Shown here piece after piece: positions 36,291 through 49,200 of a stretch of 64,000 nt of DNA (position 1 is the first letter of the stretch; each line of letters starts with the position of its first letter). Both the position numbers and the translations under genes were made by a program. Below the pieces are notes generated by a model. The model did no database searches, was not told where the DNA came from, and saw only the letters and a list, made by a program, of their open reading frames with translations. The DNA is taken from NCBI GenBank assembly GCA_028534125.1, contig CM052817.1:92196001-92260000 (forward strand), in the 5' to 3' direction. The DNA comes from Lama glama. Lineage: Eukaryota.

Positions 36291-38809
36291 CTTTCTATTG
36301 CTATATGACAGTAAGTTAATGATGAAGATGTTAGAGTCTAGTCTGGCAAAATCAAGAAACAATAGAGCCATTAAATCGTAATCCATGATTAAGCTATATG
36401 AAGAGATGTACTGTTTCCCAGAGATTAAGTCTTCCTGTCTCTAGGAATTATAAGAAAATAAAAAGGAAGTGAGGGAGGGAGAGGTAAAAGGAGGGTGAAA
36501 ATCTCTGAGAAAAACTATTAATTAAGATTGAGGAGATCTCTAAAGCTTCTGCTGGGTGCTAGTTGTACTTTCAAAGTCGGCCACAACAATATTTCCCATC
36601 CCACAAGCTCTTCTGCAAAGAAGTGGGGTCTAACCCTATTGCCCTTTGAATCAGACCCATCATGGGAGCAAAATGTCACCTTCCGCTGGAGAACAGAAGA
36701 AGCAAGAATACTTCCACAGTGAGAAAGAGAATTATTTGATACCTGCCCCAGGCTGTATCCACTCGAACTGGGGCTCATCCTACAAAAATGGATCATTGAC
36801 AAAGGCAAATTAGTAAAGATGCTGGAGACACAATGAGAGTAGGTGAGCTAGAAGACAGCAGAGATGGAGGCAGGAAGAAGAGACCCTGGCTGGGAGGCTG
36901 GAGAAGCAGGCTGACCAAAGCTGGAGATGTGACTGGGGTGGAGCCTTAAAGAGAAAGGCTGTTATTGGTTACATCAGTGCAGTCAGCATAAATGTCATTG
37001 GTTGAGACCTTTGAGCAGCTGACATTGACCTTGGGCTGGAGGATAGATGTGTGCAAAGTCTTGACTGAGTGAGAATAGCCTCCCATGTTTCCTGCAGTGC
37101 ATATCCTGGCTGCTTTCCCAGGGTCTGTTTCTTGCCCTTTCCCTACCCTTTTCTGAATCAAAGAGTCTGACCCTTGTAGGTTGCTTTACTGAGACTGGAG
37201 GATGGGAAGCACTGACAGGTGAATGGAGGGTGGGGTAGGAAGGGAGAAGCAGGTACTTCCTTTCCTCCGTCGCTGAAACTGTGAAACCTCCCTGGCTCCA
37301 GTTGTTGCTGGGCAGGTCCACTGGTTCCAGCCTGCACCTGATGACAAGGCCCTCTGAGCTCTGGAACCCTCTCCCTTCTGCCTTCTGCCCTGTGGCAGTG
37401 TCAGCTTCCTATCTTTGCGATTCCTAGATTCCTCACTGCCCTTTCCCTGTCTAGACACTGGGCTCTTCCAACCCTCGTGTAATCAATCCTGCATCCAAGA
37501 CTTTCTGTTTCAAATTCTCTGGTGGTTTCTGTTTTCCGGTTAGATTCTGACTGACACGCTGCTCTGTTCTTGGGAGCTGGTCTGCTCTGATTTGGGGGAC
37601 AGCTGCTAAGGACTAGCATGGGAACACCTTGCTGGGAGAGATTTACTGCAAAGCACAAGGTCTTCAGGACAGCTGGGGGTGTGTGCTGGCCTATCCCATC
37701 CCCTCCAGAACCAGAGCAGCTGTTGCCTTAAGGAATGGACTTAAATAGAGGAAGAAAGCAGGGGGGTCACTAGCTAAAGAATTCACTGAACAGTGCAACC
37801 AAGGACACCAGAGGGAGGATACAGCTTATGTCAGCTTCGTTTAGAAATAATCAAGGTGGGGGCTCATGGGTCACTGAGTTATCATGGCACTCTTGGTCCC
37901 GGGTAATGTTTTTACCCTGTATCTGGTTTCAAATAGAATAGAGAATAATGTTGAGTGCCTCTAATTTAATATTCTGATAATATTTCCACCTCATCAAATT
38001 CCCACTAGGACAAGTATATACAAAGTGAATCATAATTTTTCTCCTCTTACCCCAGACAAGCCACTTGGGCCTCAGCTAAGAATTGTTGATAAAAGTGATG
38101 AAAACAAAACAAAGCATACACTATAATGTCATTTAAAAAAATAAAAGATTTCCATGAGATCCTTTGTTGTACTGGAAGAGCACAAGCTGCACTTTTAGAT
38201 GACTTTTTGTTTTCCCTTTTGGAGAATCAGAGAGAGTAACACAACCAAAATAACCCTTGGCTGCTGCCGAGGTCATCACTGAGCTTCTGCTGATGTGTTG
38301 CGTTGGTCAGAGAGCCGGATCTCAGGGAGCCCAGCCCTGGAGACGTGAGAGGGGGCGTCATTCAGACTTTTGGTGCTGAAGGTCAGAGACAACAGGAACA
38401 ACGATCATGTTTGAATCGGTTGAATAGGACCCCATCACCTCACTGCAGAGGGGACAGGTGCATACCTGTATCACAGGCACTGTAGGCTACAATGGGAAAG
38501 AGAAATACCATCTGGGACTGTGTCCTTGGGGGATGTGATTTGTCTTACTGTGTAATGAACCTGCAACAGGGAAGGGCGTTTCACTGCGGCTTTTACTGCA
38601 CTGGGCAATTCTGACAGGTATATGGACACTTATTCCCACTCATAGTCATAAGATGAAGACAGGAGTGGGCAAGCTGCCTGGCTTGCAATGATATATTTGG
38701 GGAGAGGGTTTAACAGCAAAAGTTCACAACAGAGAATAACAGTAAAATTAGAAAGTCCCAGGGTCATTTGCTTATTTGATCTCCCTTCACTAGAAACAGG
38801 GCTGCAACC

Positions 38810-39303
38810 AAATGTGGGATCCTTATTGCCTACCCTTGAGTTGGGGGGGGGGTGCTGGCGCTTGTAAGTGCTTTGACTAATAGAGTACAGCAGAAGTGAT
38901 GAAATGGGACTTCTGGCACAGGGTTATAAAAGGCTGTGCAGCTTTCACCCCATTAGCTAGAACACTCTTACTTAGAGCCTTGAGATGCCATGTAAGGAGT
39001 CTGATTACCCTGAGGCGGCTACATGGAAAAATCACATAAAGGAGCTCTAGGTGACAGTTCCAGAGGCTGTGTCTAGCCTGCAAGCTGTCCCAGCAAGGTA
39101 TCAGATATGCAAATGAATCATCCCATTGGCCAGGACAATATCTTTGAGTGGCTTCCATCAATGCTCCATGAAACAGAAGATGCGCCAGCCAAGCTCTACC
39201 AAAATCTGTGACCCACAAAATCATGGGATATAATAAAATGGCTGTTATTTTAAGCCACTAAATGTTGGGGTCTTTTGTTAGGCAGCAATAACTAACTCGG
39301 AGA
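38810..39303 (+). mobile_element. MaLR LTR (MLT1H-like)
   Basis: GCTTTGACTAATAGA..GCAGAAGTGA..TGCCATGTAAG..TGACCCACAAAATCATG..AATAAAATGG..TTTTAAGCCACTAA..GCAGCAATA. Confidence 0.85.
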
Positions 39304-39537
39304 TATTCCTCAATAGACAAGTCTTTAAATCTACTCCCAAAGGTACCTGAGTAAGTAGAGTTTACCACACAGTCATGTTTCAATGTCAAAGAGCCATCAG
39401 CATCTTCTGCTGAGTGCCTATTGCAAATCCCAGTGATGTGCGGGATATAAGGTATAAGGTTCAGTCTCTGACCTTAAGGATCTGATAAAATAATAATTAT
39501 GGGGTATCATTTATTGAATGATTGCTATGAATTAGGT

Positions 39538-39710
39538 TAATGACTCTCAAAGTTGGTGCTGAAACAGCAGTGTCAGCTTCACCTTGGAGTTTGTCAGAAA
39601 TGCAAATTACTTACTGAATTAGAAACTCTGGGAGTGGGCCCAGCAATATGTATTTTAATGAGCTCAACAGGTAATTAATTCTAAGGCATGCTGCAGTCTG
39701 GGGGTCGCTG
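39538..39710. mobile_element. MER5A (hAT-Charlie MITE)
   Basis: TCTCAAAGT..CAGCAG..AGAAATGCAAATT..TACTGAATTAGAAACTCTGGG..GGGCCCAGCAAT. Confidence 0.85.
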
Positions 39711-39757
39711 TAGTAAGCACTTTACTTACTTTACCTCACTGAATCCTTATTGTAACC

Positions 39758-39948
39758 CTGGGTTTCTTGATTGACATCTTGGGAGAGAGAATTCTTGCTG
39801 TGGGGACTGTCCTGTGCACTGCATCCCTGGCCTCTACCCACTAGATGCCAGTAGCACCTCTTTCCCTAGTTGTGACAACTAAAAATGTCAACAGACATTG
39901 CTGAATGTTACCCAGGGATTAAAGATCACCTCCTGTTGAGAACTACTA
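39758..39948. mobile_element. MER20 (hAT-Charlie)
   Basis: CTGTCCTGTGCA..GCATCCCTGGCCTCTACCCACTAGATGCCAGTAGCACC..GTTGTGACAAC..AAAAATGTC..GTTGAGAAC. Confidence 0.92.
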
Positions 39949-39967
39949 CCTTAACCCTATGAGGTAG

Positions 39968-40455
39968 TGTTTTTAAATGTACCCAGGTTGGTTTTAATCA
40001 GGTATGGGAAGACATGCAGACATGGAAATGATTGCCATCAAGGAAGAAGATTTTAGAAACAGAGGTTGGCATGCCATTTGGGGAAGCACTGGGGTCAGTC
40101 AGGAGGCAGAGGGAGCAGGGGAAATCGTGGGCAAGAGCATTTACTGTGGCTTCTGTGGGAAGGTATGGGCAAAGGAGGGTAAACAAACATACGATTGGCT
40201 GGTTTGAATAATTTTAGTGGGGCCTGGGGTCTGTATCTAGCTGCCCTGGCGTAATCAGGGCAGGGGACTCATGGTCCAAATAAAGGAGGCGGTTGGAGGT
40301 AAGGGGTGTGGACTGGTTGGTCTGCATATGAAAGGTGTATTTGCAGGCTAGTCCCTTACCAATCCTAGGAACTGGCTAGCCCTGGGAGGGACAGTCTCTC
40401 CAGAGTCAGCAAGGCCCCAGATGCCAAAGCATCAAAAAAAAAAATGCTTAATACA
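39968..40455 (-). mobile_element. ERVL solo LTR, MER74A-like
   Basis: Reverse strand begins TGTATTAAGCAT..GATGCTTTGGCATCTGGGGCCTTGCTGAC and ends CCATACCTGATTAAAAC..GGGTACATTTAAAAACA; 5-bp TSD GGTAG/GGTGG. Confidence 0.85.
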
Positions 40456-43400
40456 GGTGGACACAATTACCTTTACAGATAGCAAAGCTGAAGTCCACAG
40501 AGGTAACCTGTCGCAAGTCATATCTCCACTGAGGGGAGGAGCCAGATTGAAACCTAGGCCTACTGGACCCCTCCAACCATGCTCTGACCCGTGAGCTATC
40601 CTGCTACACATCTAGCTAATTAAGTATATATGGGAGCATCTATAACTATATAAAAAGATAATTAACAGACAAAGGAGGAGGATGAATAATTTCTATATGA
40701 AATAATTACACTAAGCAATGAAAGAAGAAGAGATTGATTGTAGTGGTCAAAAAAGGCTTTGTGGGAAAAAAAAAGTCATTCGGATTACTTGTACCCCCAC
40801 TCAGAGATGACAGCGCCGTCATGCTTGCTGGGTGGGTCTTAAAAGCTGGATAGAATGAGGCCAGACCAGATGGAGCAGGGAGAATACTCTGAAAAGATGG
40901 GAAATGATGTGATCACAAGACTCAAAGGCAGTAATGTGCCAAGGCTGATGGAAAAAAAACCCAAGTGTTAATAGGCTGCCTTGGTTAGTTGAAAGTCAAT
41001 TAGAAGGGAAGAGAAAAAGGAGCTGCAGCTGGATGCCACCCACTTTAACAGGCTAAATCCATCAGCAGTGGTGCATGGATGTACAAAACATTCAGTGTGA
41101 TGGACTAAATATCCACAAAATATCCCCACCTAAAAGTAGCATTTAAATGCCTGGGCAAGAGGAAATGAAGAGTAAGAATCAAGTTGGAAATTTCCACTTT
41201 GACATCATGCAAGATAATCAGTTAGGCTGGGAATCTGTGACCAGCAGGGAGAACACAAACAGAAAGTTCTTTCTACTTGGACTGAACAGAGTATCAAAGG
41301 TTTCGCAGGTGGAGTTGACAACCATTCGTTCATGTCACTGTTTCTGGGCTAGGCACTGTCTAGGTGATAGGGAGTTATAAACCATTAGCCATGCTCATAA
41401 AACAGCATCTCTGCCATTGAAGGAGTAACAGAACAGTGAGCTCACAGTCTCTCCAGCACCAGGCAGAGCAGGGGAGGCTTCTGTGCAGCCTTGGAAAAGT
41501 GTAACGAATGGACATCCGTCTGTGTGCTGAAATTCCAAGAGATATCTGCAAAGATCCCGGCAGAACAAGTCTCCCACTATCTTTGGGGAGGGGCCCTCAC
41601 TTTGCACCATCACAGATGGGTCCAGCTCACCAGGGGGTTAGCGATGCACACTCTACTGGGTCTCACCCCCAGAGATGCTGATCCCCTGGGTGATAAAGGA
41701 AGCATCATCTTAAACCTTTGATCACTCAGTCAATTACTTGTGATCAGTTAAGATTTCAGTAGCTAAAATGCACAATTGAATTTAACTAGAAACGAAGGTC
41801 CAGGAAGGCAGAGATGTTTGTCTGTTTTGTTCACTGCTATATCCACACTGTTTGGACCATATTCTGAACTTACTAGGTCCTCCTTGAATGAAGAAATTGG
41901 ACACATAGGCATGGTGGATGCAGGGGAAGGGAAGAAGTCACATCAAGAAAGAACAAGAAGAAAGGGGTACTTTGGCTAAGGGAGCAGGAAGGGTATTAGT
42001 TTTGAACTTGTCTTTTACTTAAGTTCTGCCATCTTGGGGGAGAAAGTCACAGATCTTTACCCTGCAGAACTAGAATTACAGGTTAAATGGCACCTCTTAA
42101 ACCACTGTTCTAAGAAGCACTGTGCTTATGGAAAAATAACCATTCAGTATCTTTCCAATCCTAAAAAGGCTCCTTTATCTGACTATTTCTAACCCTCAGC
42201 CCATGCCACGTGCAGAGAGTACCAATGCCAACATTTCCATGCTCCAGGAATTCTTTCTCAGGGTCCCATGTACTTATACATACACATTCACCAGGTCAAT
42301 GTGAACTCAAGTTCCGCAGTGGCCCAGGAATGCCCTGCCTCCTCCCACCTCCTCCTGAAGAGAAGACCATGCCTGCCTGAAAGCACAGTGTGACAGGAAC
42401 AGATCTTGGAAAAGATGGAAGAGAAAAATCGGGACACCTCACCAAATTAAGTAACACCTAATCAAACATCTGTAACCTGAAGGACTGCATTATCAGGTTT
42501 TTGTAAAATTCTTTTCAATGGGAAATGCTGTTTTTACTCAGTATCTATCAGGTGTGAGATTTTTCAAGCCTTTTCTTTTCCCTCATAAATGCTTATGTCC
42601 TTGAAACAATTCTCAGTTCCGGTTTGGAATCTAATTCATTCTTCTATTTAAACATTTTCTTGGGAAAGATACTATTTTCTTATACATTTCCCCCCTTTTC
42701 TTTCTCGCTCATCAATTCTACATATTTCTCCTAGTCCTCCTTCTGCTGTAGGCCAGCAATGGGGCTTCCAGAGGTAGGCAGGAAGGTAGCTAATCTCTTT
42801 AACAGGACCAAGCAGATCACAAAATGTCTGTCAAATGAACACGTCTGCCTTAAGCTTCCCACTCTGATGGGGCTCAGTGCCGAGCTCTGATTTGCTCTAG
42901 TTAAAAAAAAAAAAAAATTCCGCTAATTTCACTGTCAAGATTTTGAGAAGCATTCTCATGGTTTTAAGAGATTATTGCATAATTTGTTCATGTTTAAAGA
43001 ATTATATTGTTAAATAAATTTAGCTCTCCAGATTCTAAATGACAAAAACACGTGTAGTTACATCATTTGAATTATGAAGTGATAATGTCTTCCAATTCTG
43101 CCCCAATCAAAAGTGTAACAGTTTAAAGCTTATAATAATCATGTTCAAACATATTCAGATTATAATTACTTTTCTTCTGATAATGATAGCCCGTCTGATT
43201 GGATGATTACCTATTTGACTTTGATAAGTCTCAGAGGTCAAAAAAGGGATAATTGCAGACATCTGTTTTCTATGGAAAATATAATCTCAGAAAATAGTGT
43301 TTAAAGTGACATCTGCAAATATGTGTTTTAGAAAGAAACTCGTTGCACATTTAAAATCATAGGGAAAAGAAGTAATTCCTAAGCTACTCTGTATCACACT

Positions 43401-43929
43401 GTCTTTGTAAATAGAAGAACAAGTTTAACTTACTAGTATTCATGTATGCATAAGTAATTACAAGCAGGCATGATTATATTTTGTACAGGTAGAATTAGAA
43501 ATGGAAATAGACTGTGAGAAAGGAATTTGAAGGAGTCTATAATATAAAATGATACAGAGCCTTTTTCTCTTTTGCTTAATTCAGTCTAGACATACATAGA
43601 TGTAACCATTTTCCTGGGTGGTTTTTATTTGAAATTGGAGCTGGAAGATCTTGACCCTTTGATTTCTCCTTGTAGGTGACCTCCTCCAATTGTGAGATGG
43701 CTCTTAGTGGAGGAGAAGGCTCAGTCTTGGCTGCCAAGATTCTTTCCATACAGGAGGACCCAGTTTTTCTCTCTGCAGGTGCATTGACTCCCCAGCACCC
43801 TTAGGAAATGCCAAGAACCCCTCCCTCCAGCCAGCAGCTGCATTCTGCAGTATAAAGGGAGAACTTTACAAAATATTCCCTTCCACACATAGTAAAACTT
43901 CCTTGGTTTTAATGCATTCAGTCAGTCAT

Positions 43930-45008
43930 GCAAGCCCTGGTTATCACTTTTGCCAGATTAAGATTCTTAAAATATAACTTTCACCCTAACACTTCCCTTT
44001 TCAAAAGTCTTCATGGCTCTCCAGCTGTGTCAGAAGGAATTCCAAACTTCTCAGCAATTCAGGATCCTTCACCATCTGACCTTAACCTATTTTTCTTAAT
44101 TGTTATCTTCTACATGAAACTCTCCTCCTTTGTTAAATCCAATCCACTTACCACCAAAGGGTGTTAATCTTTCTTTCCTCTAGTCAAACTTTTGGTGATA
44201 CCATTACACTTACCTAGAATTTTCTCTACATCATCTCTGCCTCTCAATCTATTGCTGTTGGCTGTTGGTTAGTTTCAGCACCTCAGGTGCACAGAACTGG
44301 ATAAGTCATAATCTCTGGTTCATATCACACTATTATGACTGGTCCATGCAAGAGCTTCTTTTATATTTATTCATATGTATATGCATATGAGTACATATTA
44401 CAGTTGTACATATTACAATGTACAATGTATAATTACAATACATATAAGTACATATTAAAATTTGACCCAAGTCTACCTTAAATCCTATCTTTCCAATAAG
44501 CTCTTCATCTGGACACATAGGGGTGATGACCTTTTCTCTCCTTTGAACTAATACAATGTTTATTAGCTGGAGTCCAGACCACCGCTTGCATGAAACATAC
44601 TGCCTACTGTCTGGTGTCATGGCTGTGCCTGCTCAGGGCTGCAGCCACAGTTAGCTGTGTCCTGCTATGGAGCTCATGCTCCAGGTTTCATCCTAGCCCT
44701 GTAATCGCCCTTACCAAGTTGTTTTGTATCTTACTGGGTCGTTTTCCCTGAAAAAGATTAAGTTCCTTAAAGCCAGACTTTATTTCTCATTCATCTTTGC
44801 ATCTCAAATGCCAACCACAGTGCCGGACAAATAATGTTTAGCAAACAGTCATTGAGTATTTTAGGGAAATTAGATTATAAACTCCTGGGAAACAGTGAAG
44901 GAGCCACAGAGTTTCAGGCAAGGATGGACCTCACGACTTATTCTGTCTCAGTGCCTACCAAAGTACTGAGCAGATGTAAGTACTCAATAAAGACTTATTG
45001 ATTGATGG
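43930..45008 (+). mobile_element. L2 fragments (several)
   Basis: GCCAGATTAAGATTCTTAAAAT..CTTCATGGCTC; 3' ends ATTCATCTTTG..ACAGTGCC (~44790-44860) and CAGTGCCT..GTACTCAATAAA..TTGATTGATG (~44950-45008). Confidence 0.55.
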
Positions 45009-45052
45009 GTGCGTAAATTTTTTCAGAAGATAAACAAGCCCTCTATATTAGG

Positions 45053-45164
45053 GAGGGTGTCCAACTTATCTCAGTTTTCTCCTACCTGTCCCAGTTTTAA
45101 AACAAAAAGTTCTGTCCAGGAATTACCCTGGGTCCCTGGCAAACCAGGATGGTTGGTCAGCATA
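45053..45164. mobile_element. MER81 (hAT-Blackjack MITE)
   Basis: TIR-like AGGGTGTCCAAC../..GGTTGGTCAGCATA; internal CTGTCCCAGTTTTA..GGCAAACCAGGATGG. Confidence 0.8.
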
Positions 45165-46469
45165 GAGTTCTCGTGCACATACCAACAGCACAAATGCTAA
45201 TATTATTCTCCCTCCTAGTTAGAAATTTTTTTAAGGACAACTTTTACAATCTTAAGTGGAGTTTCTGTATTTTTGAAAGTGACTTTAAAAAAATTTCTTG
45301 AAGATTAGCCTAAAATTCAGGCTCTTTGAGAGAGAGTAAACTTAATTTATTCCAACTGTTGTTTATAAGTTAGTAAATTTTGTATTGTACCTGGTTTATG
45401 GTTAAATTTTTAAAATAAAAGCTAAGAAATCTCAAAAAAAATTCAGCCTCTTTGGAGTTTTTTTTTTTTTTAATGTATTGTTATTCCCTCTAGTCTAAAT
45501 TAGTGAGATTTGGAAAGGCAACCAAGAGATTGCATTTCTCAGAGTGGGATTTCACTTCTGGGAGCTTAAAGGGACAGAGCTCAACACAGACTCCAGTCTG
45601 TGACTTTTGGGCCTAGCAGGGTTTGCTGCCCCTGGCATCTTCCGGTGGAGGCCACACCTCACCTAGGCTGCAAGCCCCTCCCACTTGGGGGAGGAGGCTG
45701 CTGTCAGTCGCCAAGTTCCTTTCATGTAAGCCCAGCCTCTTTGGATACCCTCAGAAATCTTTTATTAAATCTAAGAATTTTCGTATTCACACTGCTCCAT
45801 TTTTATTCCATTCCACACCCATTGTTATTGAGGGAATATTTACTTGCTATTGAAGGGAATCATGTGGGATGTACAGTCAATAATTTCATCAAGGAATAAC
45901 TTATCTTTGTGCTTTTGGTGGGAAAGCGAGGGAAATCATTTCACTCAAGTACCTTATGAGATTTGGAAGAATATTTACAAAGAGATATTTTTAGACAAAG
46001 AGATTGTTATTTTCCCATTTTAGTAGAAAAGCAGCATAAAAACAAACAGAGCCTGAAACAACACAAAATAGTAGAGACATATCCAGAGGATGCGATTGCC
46101 ATTGATTTCCGTATTAGTCACTTAAAAAATATCCATAGAGGATGCATGCTTATTTCTAGGGAGAAGTTCAAATTATTATCCTGGATATAACTTAAATGAT
46201 TAGAGATCTGTTTGTTCTCTAAGGAGAGGAAGAAGGTAAAACAAATACAAAAATTTAAAACGAAACTTTAAATTTTGTCAAAGGTGATAAAACTTCTAGC
46301 AAAAACAAGTGTTTGCTACAGTGGATTCTGGAATTTTGGCACACTCACAATTCACACCATTTGCATAATTTTGTGGTTTCATTTTTGCCTCTTTTGAGAT
46401 ATCTATGTGAACTACATCCAGTTAGCTAAGGATATGATTCTCTCTTATACCAGGAAATTAACTGCTAGC

Positions 46470-47200
46470 TAACAACCATTTCCACACCCTGACATAACCC
46501 TGGTCTTAATGGTCCTCATTTCTTACCCAGGCAACTGCAATAATTTCCCTGCATTCACTCTGCACTCCCACCCCTTCTATTCATCACAATAGACAGAGTC
46601 AATGTTCAGTTTGCATTTATGGTCATGTCACCCTCCCCTTTCTCCCCATTCTCTGCTTAAATCCCTCCTTGGGTATGAAGTACTCTGAGGTTGATGACCA
46701 AGACTTTTATGTGGTCCTCAGGACCCTTTGTCGTTTGGTTCCACCTATCTTTCTGTCTTGTCATGCATCATTCTCTCCCCTCTCTCTGCACTTCAGCCAG
46801 GCCTTCATCCAGTTCTTCACACCTGCCATGCTTTCTCTCACCACAAGGCCTTTGCACATGTTGTTGCTTCCACCTGGAATATTCTGTCTCTCCCATTCTC
46901 CACTTGGTTAAATCCTTTATTCTTTCAGAGTGTAGTTCAAGCACATGTCCTTACAGAAATCTTCCCAGGGACACTTACTTAGGTCAGATTTTTTTCTGAT
47001 ATGTTCTTTTAAGTCCAGGTTCCTTCCTTTAAGCAAGCTAGTATGAGTACATAATCACAAACTCATTTTTGTGATTAAGTAACTTCTACTACCAACTATA
47101 TGGGCCATGAAAGCAGGAGCTTTGTTTTCTTGCTATTTCAGCCCCAGTGCTCAACAAAGTGATGGGCACATGGCAGCCACCGATCAACTGCTTGGAATTT
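46470..47200 (+). mobile_element. L2 3' region
   Basis: GGTCATGTCACCCTCC..GGCCTTTGCACATG..TTCCACCTGGAAT..CCATGAAAGCAGG..CCCCAGTGC..GGCACAT. Confidence 0.75.
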
Positions 47201-47439
47201 CTTGGAAGGATTGGCTTTAAGGACTATCCTTGTATACAGGACATTCTAAATGAAGCAAGTACCAGACTTGGAAACGTAAGAGGAAAATTCTAGCTCTGGT
47301 CCTATTCTTTTGGCTTACTTGTTTGGTAATTGATTTGCCTTGGTTTCATGTCTATAACACAAGAATAAAAATTCCTGCTGCCACCGGGCTCATCACAACG
47401 AATGGACCATTCTCCAGTGAGTCCATACCTCTGAACATC

Positions 47440-48075
47440 GTATTAGCTCAAACTTTGGATGCTAGTTTGGCTGCTGTTACAAAGAGTCCTATTAAAAATA
47501 CAGTGCTTAAAGGAGATAAAATCTATTTCCCTCTCACAGAACAACCCAGGTAAGCATTCCCAGGCTAGTGTGTTAGCTCAACAGTGTCAACAACCCAGGC
47601 TTCTTTTTTTTTTTTTTAATTGAAGTCCAGTTGACTTGCAATGTTGTGTTAATTGCTGGTGTACAGCATAGTGATTCAGTCATATATATATATGTATTTT
47701 AATTTTCATATTCTTTTTCATTATAGGTTATTACAAACTATTGAACATGGTTCTCTGTGCGGTACAGTACGACCTTGTTGTTTATCTATTTTATATATAG
47801 TAGTTTGTATCTACTAATCTCAAACTCCTAATTTCACCCAGGCTTCTTATATCTCCTTGCCCTACCACCCTCAATCTATAGCTTCTATCTTGAGGTCCAT
47901 GAAGGATGCTCCAGCTTTCACCACCACAGCCACATGCCAGCTTTCCAACGAAAGGGAGAAAATGGAAGGGGAGGTCTTGTTACTTCCCTTTAGGGACATG
48001 AACTAATGATTGCACATACCAGATCCAATTTCACTCCCTTGGTGAGAGCTGAATGACAAAGGCCACACCTAATGT
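47440..48075 (-). mobile_element. MaLR LTR (MLT1I/J-like) split by an L1
   Basis: GGCTGCTGTTACAAAGAG..TATTTCCCTCTCAC..ACCCAGGCTTCTT..TTGCACA..GGCCACACCTA. Confidence 0.75.
47606..47835 (-). mobile_element. L1 3' end, 5'-truncated
   Basis: Poly(T) then AATTGAAGT..GGTGTACAGCATAGTGATTCAG..TTTATCTATTTTATATATAGTAGTTTGTATCT; perfect 13-bp TSD ACCCAGGCTTCTT (47593-47605, 47836-47848). Confidence 0.95.
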
Positions 48076-48378
48076 GAAATTTTACTTACCACTGTGCTTT
48101 GCCCATTAGGCTTTGAGTTTTTTGAAGTTAAGAATATTATCTTGTCCTTCTTTGTGTCTCTTCTTAGTGTGTAACTGAGAGCCAGCTACTTAAGAGTTCC
48201 TCAGTAATTGCTTAATTAATGGAGTAAGTCAAACTTGATGTGGACCTAGAATAACTGAATGTTGGTTTGGCACATGTTTGTCAAATGTCAATGCTTTTAT
48301 AAACTCCTAGAAAGAGCTTATTAAATCTTTCTGACTTGATCTACATATCAGCTTTTATAACTCATCATGAAAATGAAT

Positions 48379-48499
48379 CAGGGGTGTTTGAACTGGTGTT
48401 TAACCCCACATACGGGCTTCAGGGAACCCATTTTTCTGGGAAGAGAGCCCATGAGATTTTGAAAATGGTTTGTAACCTGAGAATGTTTGAGAACCTCTG
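48379..48499. mobile_element. MER117-like hAT MITE (internally deleted)
   Basis: CAGGGGT..GGGCTTCAGGG..CATTTTTCTGGG..AGAG..CCAT..GAGAACCTCTG. Confidence 0.6.
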
Positions 48500-48640
48500 G
48501 TGTGAATGTGGGATTTGAGGGATCCTGATACATCTGCTGGAGTTCAGAACCAATTGAGAAATAAGGCAAAAGACTAAGGCAGATGGAGACCAAACTTTCT
48601 CCTGTATTACTACAAAGCTGATATTCAAGAATGTGGTGTA

Positions 48641-49200
48641 ACTATTTACAATAGCCAAGCCATAGAAGCTAACTAAATGTCCACTGACAGACAGAATGGA
48701 TAAAGATGTGACATAGGTATATATATAAAATGGAATACTCCTCAGCCATAAAAAAGAATGATATGATGCCATTTGCAGCAATATGGATGGAGCTGGAAAT
48801 TATCAAACTAAGTGAAGTAAGTTAGAGAAAAACAAATACCATATGATATTACTAACTGTGGAATCTAAAAAAATGACACAAATGAACTTATTTACAAAAC
48901 AGAAATAGACTCATGGCCATAGAAAACAAACTTATGGTTTTCAAAGGGGAAAGGAGGGTAGAGAGGGATAAATTAGGAGTTTGGGATTAAATATACACAC
49001 TATTATATATGAAATAAATAAATAACTAGGACCTACAGTATAGTACAGGGAACTATAGTCAATATCTTGTAATATCTATAATGGAAAAAAATCCAAAAAA
49101 GAAAATATATGTGTGTGTGTGTGTGTGTATCTGAATCACTTTGCTGTATATGTGAAACTAACACAACATTGCAAATCAACTATACTTCAATTTAAAAAAA
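48641..49200 (+). mobile_element. L1 3' end
   Basis: CTATTTACAATAGCCAAG..CAGCCATAAAAAAGAATG..GGGATAAATTAGGAGTTTGGGATT..poly(A); TSD AAGAATGTGGTGTA (48627-48640)/AAGAATGTGGCATA (49201-49214). Confidence 0.95.

Larger units (their letters stand above)
39490..40605 (-). mobile_element. MIR SINE split into four pieces by three insertions
   Basis: Collinear reverse-MIR pieces: CATTTATTGA (~39507), TAAGCACTTTAC..AATCCTTA (39711-39757), TATGAGGTAG (~39958-39967), TTTACAGAT..CAGAGGT..CAAGTCA (40461-40605). Confidence 0.7.
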
